NCBI RefSeq assembly: GCF_006345805.1
Contig: NC_043015.1
Span: 11,408,001-11,472,000, forward strand
DNA from: Octopus sinensis
Lineage: Eukaryota
Direction: 5' to 3'
DNA: 64,000 nt
In this document: positions 53,428 to 64,000 of the stretch, piece by piece
Numbering within the stretch: position 1 is the stretch's first letter
How the letters are laid out: every line of letters begins with the position of its first letter
Notes under the pieces: model-generated
Told to the model about the DNA's origin: nothing
Seen by the model: only the letters and a program-made list of their open reading frames with translations
The model's database searches: none
Made by a program: the position numbers and the translations under genes

Positions 53428-53606
53428 AATAGGAAATCCGTTCGAAAAACAAAAACAGAAACAGAGGCGGAGCAAACACAAATCGAACTATGCTCCTAAG
53501 AGCCCATGGCGAAACTCCATTTCGGCCATGCGCTCTTAGGAGCATAGTTCGATTTGTTTTTGCTCCGCCTCTGTTCTGTTTTTGTTTTTCGAACGGATTT
53601 CCTATT

Positions 53607-53690
53607 TTCTTCCTGAGAGAAGACACAATACGGTCCCATTATTCATCGGATTTTGGTAATTTGTGCCTTTCGAAACACGTGTAGAATGAA
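53607..53690 (+). ncRNA. H2 hammerhead copy with 1-nt deletions in the core (real or sequencing error)
   Basis: Reads ctgagagaagac instead of ctgaagagaaagac; GAAAC acgt GTA is intact. Confidence 0.55.
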
Positions 53691-53900
53691 TAAAACGATT
53701 TCTTGTTCAATCTGCGTTCAGCTCCATTTCTTCAATTCACCAATAATGTTTTAATTTCAATTATCCGCACCACCGCACGGTTTTCACACCATATGGTTGT
53801 ACCCTCCAACCGTGCTGTTTACTGCTGTGATTTTTGCTACTAAGGTATCGGTTAAACTTTTGATTAATCTACTACAAGATTATTCATCTTTCTATTTCAC

Positions 53901-53969
<69 letters not shown>

Positions 53970-54104
53970 TATATATTATAATATATATATATATAATAAT
54001 ATATATTATATATATATATATATACAATTGCAGCGTGGAAGGTGTTTATAAGCCATTTAAGAACACACAAAAGCCGTTCGATTCACTTCAACATTTAAGT
54101 TAAT

Positions 54105-54151
54105 TTGTCAAATATTTTCGTCGCTAAAATCCGCGGCCTGTTCACTGACAA
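54105..54151 (-). ncRNA. Degenerate hammerhead-like motif (family H6)
   Basis: ttgtca GTGAACA ggccgc-ggatttta-gcgac GAAA atatt tgacaa. Perfect 6-bp helix I and a helix II hairpin, but the core is mutated. Confidence 0.4.
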
Positions 54152-54161
54152 AAATCCTTGC

Positions 54162-54251
<90 letters not shown>

Positions 54252-54451
54252 CAGGTAAACCCATAATTAATGTCCGAAATATCACATATGCAATTTTTAT
54301 CAAATTTCATAGTATTCTAAAATATCAAATCTTATCGATTGATGTTCATATGAATTTTAACTTAATATAAGCTTTAACTTAATATAATTTCTTTTTATAG
54401 AATAATCCGACTTAATTAAGTACTAATATTAATCCCTCAAATATGGATATG

Positions 54452-55230
54452 TGGAAGGAACATTTAAGGTACATTACACTTTATGACTTCAAGAAAAGGA
54501 AAGAGTGCAGTAGAAGAAACACAAAATATTCATTATGTCAATGGTGAATGGTGCTTGAATAAAAGAAATTGCAGAAGATAGTTTGCAAATTTTAAGAATG
54601 GTGATTTTAACCTTAGAGTGATGCCACGAATAGAACGCCGTGTTGAATTTGATAATGTGCTTCTTTCGCCAGAGCTTGAGAGGAATATCCTCTATAAGTT
54701 AAAAAATTGTCTTGCAAGCTCAATTCAAGCCATTCAACTGTTCACTGCTGTCTTCAATAACTCGGAAAAGTGCCCAAACTCGGAAAACGAGACTTCTCTA
54801 AATTTTACAGGCGCCAACCAACTATCACGTGGGGATATCTGCATATCTCTTCACACATGTGAACGTATCTCCCTAATTTCGGACAAATTAGTTATGAAAA
54901 GTGAATTTATGAAATGAAAATTTTAAGCGACGCAGGCAATGGCTTAGTTGTGGAGAAAAGACTGAACAACAACCCCAAAAGAACTTCCATGCAAACAATT
55001 TCTTCCTCCTGTTTGGTAGGATTGCGTTGGAGCCACCCACTTTGTGTTGCTACCAAATAATGCAACAATTGCTACTCACAACTATGGCTAACAGTTAAAA
55101 GGCCTACTTTAGTGAATCAAAAGGGAGTAGTTATTCATCATGATAAAGCAAGACCCCTCACTGCAAACATTACATCAGAAAAAATCGAAGAACTTGACTG
55201 GGAAAAAATCCCTCACGCGCCTTATTCCTC
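54452..55230 (+). pseudogene. Decayed mariner transposase (second mariner family)
   Basis: MDMWKEHLRYITLYDFKK, FANFKNGDFNL, KRRRQWLS, KGVVIHHDKARPLTA, ELDWEKIPHAPYS. Confidence 0.85.
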
Positions 55231-55423
55231 ATAGTATTTATGCCTGCTAGGCGGTGTCCCATTGTACTTATGCCTATTAGCCGGTGTAGTGGTATTAAGA
55301 GTGATCAGGTGGAACACCTGAGACATGCTTAAAACTTACAATCCTATCAACACTTTTTCTAAGTCCCAGAGAACACGTTTGATTTGTTGCTGTTTTCAAA
55401 TGACAAACGTCTTTGATTTCAAA

Positions 55424-55460
<37 letters not shown>

Positions 55461-55499
55461 TAAAAGAGAAGAAAATAATAATAATAATAATATATATAT

Positions 55500-58212
55500 T
55501 ATTGCCCCAAGTCATATGGGCAAGTTTGAGGACTGCCTTTTAAAAATAGAAGAAGTTCTAACCACATTAGAACAACACATAAGTGTACTTCTCATGGGAG
55601 ACTTCAATCTACCGAATGTCAGATGGCCCGAGGGCCTTTCTCTCCCAGGAATGACAAGATGTGAACGAGGACAGGCGAGGTACCTCCTGAACCTCACCAA
55701 CACCCTGTACATGGAGCAAGTAATACTCCAACCAACCAGAGCGGGTAACACACTGGATCTCTGCTTCACAAATAATATGGATCTCATCCATAATGTGAAA
55801 GTGACACCGACACTACTCTCGGATCACAACATGGTAGAGCTGACCATGTACGGGCCAAAAGAGAGCACGGACATGCAGCCTACAAGAAACCCTCAGAGTC
55901 TTTCCAGCTTGAACTTCAATAAGGCAAACTGGAAACAAATTGAGAAGAGATCCTCAAACAAAACTGGCCTGAATGTCTCTCCTCGCCGGACATCGACATG
56001 ATACTTCAACAATTCATGTCTGTAATGCAAGCCATATGCTACAAATGTGTCCAGAGAGAAATGCCACTGTACACAAGAACAAAATCCCCAGAGAGAGAAA
56101 ACTTTTAATGAGACGGCGCACAAAAATCTCAAATCGCCTAAACAAACAAATTGAAAGCAGTGAAAAGTCCCGCCTGAAAATAAAACTGTTGGAAATTGAA
56201 AATTGTCTGCAACTCTCCCATGAGAAGGAAGAGCAGACAAAGAAGCCTGGGCTATAGACAACATAAAAACTAACCCCAGAGCTTTCTACAGGTATGCCAA
56301 CGAAACAGCTACGGTGCACTGTAGGATAGGGCCACTCCTTGAAAAGGATGGCACACTCACAGGAAAACCATGAGGGTAAGTGAAATACTGAATGAACAAT
56401 TCAAGAGTGTTTTCACTCCACCCCTTGGGCATTTCCAAATCAGCAATCCAACTGACTTTTTTACCACTGCAGATATAGAATCAGAGGCGGCGACGTTAAA
56501 TTACATCGATATAAAGGAAGATGATGTAATAAAGGCTATAGATGAAATGAAAATAGACTCAGCTATTGGCCCCGATGGATTCCCGGCAATCCTCCTAAAA
56601 GTATGTAAGAGAGTCTTAGCAAGACCACTGCAGTTCCTCTTTCAGAGCTTCCTTGCAGCTGGCAAACTTCCAAGAAAACTGAAGGAAGGTAAAATATGCC
56701 CTATTCATAAAGGAGGTAGCAGAGCGGAGGCCAAGAACTACAGACCTATCTCTCTGACCCACACACAGCAAGGTCATGGAACGAATAGTCAGAAGGAAAC
56801 TAATCACCTTCCTTGAAGAAAATGACTTGCTGCCTGACACCCAACATGGTTTCCGACCAGGAAGAAGCTGCTTAACTCAGCTCCTGCAGCACTATGACTG
56901 GGTGCTGAAACAACTGCTCAACCACTCAAATGTGGAAGTCATATATCTCGACTTCGCAAAGGCCTTCGATAAAGTCGATCATGGAATGATATGTCACAAA
57001 CTGCGTGTTCTTGGCATAGTTGGAAAACTAGGTGAATGGCTTCACGACTTTCTGAAGAATAGAAGTCAGGTGGTAGTAGCAATGGGGGCCACTTCCATTA
57101 GCACGCAAATAGTGAGCGGTGTTCCACAGGGCACTGTTTTGGGACCACTACTGTTCATAATGGCCCTCTCAGACATGCCCTCAGCCACGCGGAGATCCAC
57201 GATCACAAGTTATGCAGATGATACAAAAGTTTCACAGGCAATACAGAACCCTGAAGACACTAGGCACCTGCAATATGAGCTGCGAAATATACAAGTGGGC
57301 TGAAAAGAATAGCATGCAGTTCAATGCTGAAAAGTTTCAAGCTTTATACTATCAGCATGCAAAACTGAATGCAATACCCAAGGAATACACTGGACCCGGA
57401 GGGATTGCAATCCCAGAGGCACAATCAGTGCGTGACCTGGTATTCACATGAGTGATGACGCGACCTTTCATGTACATGTTGCTAAACTGACAGTGAAATG
57501 TAGACGGCTGGCTGGATGGATTCTTAGAAACTTTAGAACAAGAGAACAAGAAACCATGATGGTCCTCTGGAAGACACTTGTCCTAAGTCACTTTGACTAT
57601 TGCTCTCAGCTATGGTCACCATCCAGTGTCAAGTTGATCACAGAACTTGAGGCGATCCAACGAAGCTACACGAAGAAGATAGCCTCTATGCAGAATGTAA
57701 GCTACTGGGAAAGACTCAAGAGATTAAAATTATATTCCCTGGAGCGTAGGCGGGAAAGATATGCCATAATATACATCTGGAAGATCCTGGAGGGAAGTGT
57801 CCTGAACTTTGGCATCGAGAGTTACGCAAACGCCAGAACTTGGGCGCCACTGCGTGGTGCCTAGGACTCCAAACTTGCCATCAAGATGTAGGACAAGATT
57901 CTGTGATAGCCTGGGCTTCCGAGGCCCACAGCTCTTCAATATCCTCCCGATGAACCTGAGAGACCTGCATGGGGTGGATACAGATGTCTTTAAAATGGAG
58001 CTGGATCTCTTCCTGTCATGTGTCCCAGATGAACCAACTTCACGGCAGGAGGGGCAGATGAGGGCAGCTGCATCGAACTCTCTCATGCACCAAATAGCAG
58101 TTGCTAGAAAGCCTCCATGAAGTGAAACCAAGTAGCAACACCAAATGGCGGTGCCCCAGCATGGCCACCAGCTCATAAGCTGAAACTGGAATCAATCAAT
58201 CAATCAATCAAT
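55500..58212 (+). mobile_element. CR1-clade LINE, 5'-truncated: APE endonuclease C-half, RT, 3' UTR and (AATC)n tail
   Basis: GDFNLP, TLDLCFTN, SDHN; GPDGFP, YRPISLT, QHGFRPGRSCLTQLL, YLDFAKAFDKV, GVPQGTVLGPLLF, YADDTK. Split across about seven supplied ORFs by frameshifts. Confidence 0.95.
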
Positions 58213-58381
58213 GATATATATATTTAAAATTATAAGTTTAAATTATTTAAATAATTTTTTTCTATTAATTTTATTTCTATGTATTGACTTATGATTTTCA
58301 CTGTTTGATTTGCCTAATAGTGGTTTTATCTCTAATGTAATTTTATATATATTATTATATATATATATATATATATAAACA

Positions 58382-58424
<43 letters not shown>

Positions 58425-58439
58425 TATATATATATAATA

Positions 58440-58471
<32 letters not shown>

Positions 58472-59139
58472 CCAGCATATCCAATGATCTAAAGATTCAT
58501 AATTTCACCTACTTTGATTGGTATTTTATCTCCCAAGAAAGGAGGAAATACAAAATTAACCGAGTCAGCATTTGAATTAAAAGATCGAACACTTGGGTGA
58601 ATACGGCAGTACATCCTACAAAATAGCCTCACATCTCTGCCACCACAACACCTGTTTAGGCATTTTATGTTGTTACAAGGTACTTCGAGGAGATTTGTGA
58701 GAATGACAAAGAAAATGCGTGTTCAAGCATCTTTAATAGAGACTTTTTCTCTATTTGTTTGGTGATGGAATGTTATTTTAAAACGTCATCAAGAATGAAA
58801 GAACATCTAATACTTATCCGTCACAGAGAGAATAAAATATGTGATTTGATGACACAGTTTTAATCTCTGATGTATTTGAGAGAATCAAATCTAAGGAATT
58901 TATATTGGTAAATTGTTTGCAGAACAAAATAGATTGAGTTGTTATTGATTATTGTTTAAATTGCCGTGAGTTTCTGAAACAGAAATAGATTTATAAGGAC
59001 GGTAGAGTAGAAGCATTCGCTACAAACGTTGTTGCATATTAAGGAGCTTCTTCAAAATCTTTGTCAAATTTGCGTACATAGAGAGTTACATACCTGCGCC
59101 GCCCACCGCCCCTCAACACACACATAAACACAAAAGTAT

Positions 59140-59184
<45 letters not shown>

Positions 59185-59185
59185 T

Positions 59186-59218
<33 letters not shown>

Positions 59219-59307
59219 TCATATATATTTAAGCACACACACATATATATGTGTGTATATATATCTATACATATATATTCACGCACACATACACGCACAT
59301 ATAAACA

Positions 59308-59341
<34 letters not shown>

Positions 59342-59937
59342 CATATATATTTAAAGACACATACACACATACACATATATACATACTTACACGTCTCAAC
59401 TTATATGCAGATGCGTATATATGTACATCTGTAGGTATGGATATATATGCATATATATGTGTGTGTATGTGTGTGTGTGTGTGTAAGATAACATACTTTT
59501 ATAAGTGTTTTGAAAGGTAAAATGCCTACGTGAGTGACTGAGTTGCCTGGAAATGAAATAGTGTTTGTTGTGTGTATTAAAAGTTAATGGAACAAACGTT
59601 TTTCCTAAAGTAAATCTTAGATTGCGAAACAATTTTCCATAATTATTGTCATCAATTGATTTTGGTTTTTCGAAAATGTCGTACGACGTTGGCAACAGAC
59701 AGTAAGAGAGAGAGACAGAGAGACAGAGTGACAGAGACAGAGGCAGAGACGGAGGTAGAGAGAGTGTGTGGAGGAGTGAGGGGAAGAGATAGAGAGGAAA
59801 TACAAAGAAATAAAACTACGCAAGGTAAGCTATAACTGACAAATAAGATAATGCATTTGTAACATTAACAATAAAAGCAATATTACGATCTAAATGTTGA
59901 TAACTTTATTTGATAAACAATGGCAACAACATCGCCA

Positions 59938-59939
59938 AC

Positions 59940-59972
<33 letters not shown>
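59938..59972. repeat. (AAT)n microsatellite
   Basis: Direct. Confidence 0.9.
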
Positions 59973-59976
<4 letters not shown>

Positions 59977-60628
59977 TCATCTTACACAACGTCATTGCAA
60001 TCATCAGCTTCCTCATCAACAGTTACAAAAACAACAGCAAGACTAATAAGTTGAAAAATTTTGAGAAAATATTAATATTCTCTACAATATGTAAAGGTCT
60101 GGAAAATTTGTTTTTCTATTATTCATAACATATTTTCAATGAGGTTATTTGTGGTTTTAAAATTAAGACTTTATAATAATGAGAGCGTTGTGAAGGATGT
60201 TGTCATCGTTATTGCTGGCTAGATGTTGCATTTATAATGCCGGCCGTGGTGGTCATGGCAACAAATTTTAGAATGTTTGTCTTAAAGCTTTCTAGTGGCT
60301 GATGTTTTACCAATTGATAATGTTTGTCTTCAGTGTAGAAATAACACCTTTTGAGGCGGGGAAGAGGCCTGCATTAAAAGCGGTGGGTTAGCAGAAAACA
60401 GAATGTCTTATATTGGATAAATTAGGCTAAGTATAAAACCACAGAAGAGAATGCGAAAAAGAGCAACAGACCTGTAAAAAATGCATTTTCAAATAGTATT
60501 GAAAAGATTATTCTTTTGCTTCGTTGTCATGGGGCAACTTTCAAAGATTTGTATCATTGTGCGCGTATGTTATACACACAAACATACACACGCGTACATA
60601 TACATACATATTATCACACATATACATA

Positions 60629-61628
60629 TCTTTATATATATGTAAAACTGAGAATGTGTGTCTGTCTGTGTGTCTGTCTGTGTGTTTCCCTAACACTTGA
60701 GAACTCCACAACCAATTTCATTCAGATTTTAAACATGCCTTACTTAGGGTCCGGGGAGTGTCATCGGCAAAAAAAATGTAACTTTTTGCCTAGGGCGAGC
60801 CCACAGCAATATCATATCTTCTCCACTACGATTCCCTAAAACTTGAGAACTACACAACCAATTTCATTCAAATTTTACACATGCCTTACTTAGGGTCCAT
60901 GTAGTTTCATGGGCAAAAAAATGTTCAACTTCTTGCCTAGAGGGAGCCCATAGTTATATCATATCTTCTCCACTATTTCAGTATTACGTGTTAAAAGTGA
61001 AACAAAAACATTTCCCTATTTTATGTCAGATACTTTCATTTTAACAATAAAAATAATAAGAATTGAATTATATGTAGTAAGTAATAATTAAAATCAAACT
61101 ATATAATCGTAACATAACAAAAGTAAAAATAGCAATTGGTATAAAATTGCATCAATGACTTGAACTTGAATAAGTGGTTTCACATGAATGGGAATAAATT
61201 AAAAATAAAATTAGCGTGCAGAAATGGAATAGTCCAGATGGATAATAAAAAATTAAATTAAAGAAAAGACTATTGTCTATAAAGTATACAATGTAGAGAA
61301 AACAGAAGATTTGAACACATGGAGGAAAGCACCTTCGAAAAGTGTCTTGGTGCGACTATGAAAGATATCTAATCAGAGGCGGTAAATTCGCCACAATAGA
61401 AGCAAGGTTCGAGTCAAAGAAGCGTGCAAGGGAGTACTCGACTCGAACTTGCAAAGTGGAAATATTTTATTTTTACCTTTATATCTGGGACGTAGGACGT
61501 CCCGGAAAAAAAATTAAAATCCCCCCACCACCGAAGTAGAGGTAGGTGGATTGTAGCGACACTTCTATACAAGAGGGAGGACAAGATACAATTGATCGAA
61601 ATTACAAGAGACGGGCTAACAATTCCAG
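60629..61628 (+). mobile_element. Non-autonomous Helitron-like element with a 146-bp internal duplication
   Basis: Begins A|TC followed by a (GTCT)n tract as in the 26673 element; repeats start at 60686 and 60832; 3' end uncertain. Confidence 0.55.
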
Positions 61629-61875
61629 TCTATTATATATTTTGAGTATTGTTATCACTAGCGATATCAAGATATAACTTTGTATTTTGTATTTTAGGTG
61701 TAGATGTATATATATATAAATGTACATGTAATATGTACATATATATATACACATATATACATGCACTAGCACTATGACCCGGCAACGACGGGTCTTTAAT
61801 GCTAGTATATATATATATGGCTGGCTGGATAGATATGCAAATATATAGCCTTGTATATACACATGTATATGTATG

Positions 61876-61939
<64 letters not shown>

Positions 61940-62035
61940 ATGTGTGTGCGTGTGCGTTTGCGTGTGTGTGTGCTAGCATGTATGAATGTATGTATAGAAT
62001 GTTAGAAATGGTGTTCAGATATTAAATATTCCTTT

Positions 62036-62224
62036 TAGTCTAGGCACAAGGCCCGAAATTTTAGGGAAGGGGCACTGTTGATAAGATCGATCTCAGTACT
62101 GAACTGGTACTTAATTTATTGAAACCGAAAGGATGAAAAGCAAAGTCGAGCTCGGCGGAATTTGAACTCAGAACCGCTAGGCATTTCACACGGTATACTA
62201 ACTTTTCTGCCTGCTCGCCGCCTT
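62036..62224 (-). mobile_element. SINE family B monomer
   Basis: Core gaaaggatgaaaagcaaagtcgagctcggcggaatttgaactcag, head ctgctcgccgcc, tail variant ctaggcacaaggcccgaaat. Confidence 0.85.
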
Positions 62225-63366
62225 GTAGATATTGAATACTGACAAAAGAGGAGGTCACCAAACTTTTGGAAAAGTATTTTTTTTTTATTTATCCATTATT
62301 ATAGCGCTTTCGTTCGTTTTTGAACTAGTCAAATACTTTTTTTGTGAATGTACAAACAGGTTATTTATTTATATAAAACATATTCTTTTGTTTTGTTGAT
62401 AGATAGAGAGAGAGAGAGAGAGAAAGAGAAAGAGAGAGAGAGTGGGGGAGGAAGGGAGCCCCTTCAATTTTGACTTCTATTCATTTACTTAATCATTTAC
62501 CATTCTATTGAAATGAGTTCAAGGATGGTGATCACCCCTAGGATGGGGTGCAGTCATCGCTGAAAGCATTTTTGTTTTTGCACAATTTTCTTTTTTACTG
62601 CTTTTTCCTTTTTTCCTTTTTATCTTATGGTGCCAGAGGGAAGGTAAACTGTTCTATGAAAATTTAAATATATATGTATGTGTGTGTGAGTGTTTGCGTG
62701 TGTATTTATGTGTTCCTGTGAGTTCTTGCGTTTGGAAAGATGTCTATGTATACACTGTAATTTCGATGTTTTGTATTGAAAATTAAAGTTAGTTTTCTTT
62801 TAATTTCGTATTTTTGTATGAAAAAAACATCAGTATAATATTCACAAATTAGAAAAATAAATTCCCGTGTTATAGAGATGAGCATCATGCTATAAATATT
62901 GGAGTAGAAACAACAGAAATAGTGTATTTTTTCTTTCCTTAAGGTGTTTTTCAATTTTTGGTTTTGCATGGACAAACGATGTTTACAAGTTAGAAACATA
63001 CGTAATGCTAGAGTATCACAATGCATATAATATATATATACATATATATATTATTATATTTTTTATCGTATTAATATTTGTGTAACATTGTCCGTTTTTT
63101 TTTTTTCGTCCTCGTTTATGTATACATTCGATGCTTTCTTCAAAGGAATCTAATACTCTTAGCTTAGTTTTTCCTTGGGGCTAACCAGATTGGATCAATC
63201 TCAAGAATAATCAGCCGAAATTGCGAGGATAATCTGGTGCTTGACTGAAGAAAGAAAACTTCGAATGACCCGTACTTGTTTTCTTTGTATCGTTTATCTG
63301 GATGTTTTGCTGTTCCTTCTTGTATCACTTAACTGTCCGGATATTTTGCGTCCTTGTCACATTTTG

Positions 63367-63400
<34 letters not shown>

Positions 63401-63599
63401 GCGTACGTACACTTTGTTCTCTCTCTATATATATATAGAGAGAGGTAGATAGATAGATTCGGATGAATATCGTACTTGAGGCACCAGAATTTAGTACGAT
63501 ATTATCCATACACTTTCAAAGTAAGGTTATTAAAATCAAATTAAACAACAAGGATATCCAGAGGTAATGCAGTACGATCGTTTCATGCAACAGGTGCAT

Positions 63600-64000
63600 C
63601 TTGCCATGCTGTATGGGGTGTTTCTTTGTGTGATAGATGGCAAGTAGTAATTTAAATATTGGTGTATGTCATTTTTTTTGTTTTTTGTTTTTTGTAAAAT
63701 ATGTCTGTCGTGACTGTGGAGTTCTGTATTTTTATGTGGCTATCCAGGAATGGTTATTCATGGTAACTGGATTCTGTCGTGAATTTGATGGATGGGTGAT
63801 TGTGTTCAGTGTATTATTAAATATACTTAGGTCCTCATTTGTTCTCTCCTAAACATTGACGCAATCATCAAGGAAGCGTTTCCACTTTTTAATTGTATAT
63901 TTTTTATAATCCTGATCAAAAGTCTTCTCTACTTCCTCATAAGGTTTTTCTTCCAAGTAATCTATGACAAAGTTCGTATATGAGGGTGCAAACCGCGCTC
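63600..64000 (-). pseudogene. Penelope-like reverse transcriptase fragment (runs off the window edge)
   Basis: ARFAPSYTNFVIDYLEEK...KWKRFLDDC (63861-63878)...FNNTLN/HPSIKFTTES...PFLD...TDIFYK...PYSMAR. Confidence 0.85.

Larger units (their letters stand above)
53285..53746. mobile_element. Fold-back of two family H2 copies (arms ~225 bp)
   Basis: Near-perfect inverted repeat around the spacer gaaactccatttc. Confidence 0.95.

Noticed and set aside
63241-63280. HHR-like ctgaagaaagaaaacttcgaatgacccgta within a probable dispersed repeat (63165-63370)
   Set aside because: A15.1 is lost and helix I does not pair; too degenerate to call without a family consensus.

Overview
AT-rich, microsatellite-dense eukaryotic DNA in which I could not support any host gene. 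The repeat complement (several tRNA-derived SINE families, Tc1/mariner/Tigger relics, Helitron-type non-autonomous elements, a CR1-clade LINE) resembles what I know of Octopus/cephalopod genomes; this taxon call is inference. Most ORFs in the supplied track are microsatellite artefacts, and the real coding traces are transposon relics. The most notable signal is a high density of type I hammerhead ribozyme (HHR) motifs read by eye. Four have an intact CUGANGA/GAAA/GUH core with plausible helices (8385, 15107, 36613 and 53341; 8385 and 36613 each carry one helix II defect), a fifth (52785) is near-intact, and several more are degenerate. They belong to several unrelated short repeat families that sit in or beside (TA)n tracts, often with fold-back (palindromic) ends, near Penelope-like (PLE) RT and GIY-YIG fragments. 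One family appears as two circularly permuted copies of a ~370-nt unit, which is retrozyme-like. Also notable are a SINE that occurs as head-once, body-many multimers with the same junction at two loci, and a SINE family that shares its 3' stem-loop with the CR1 LINE in the window.
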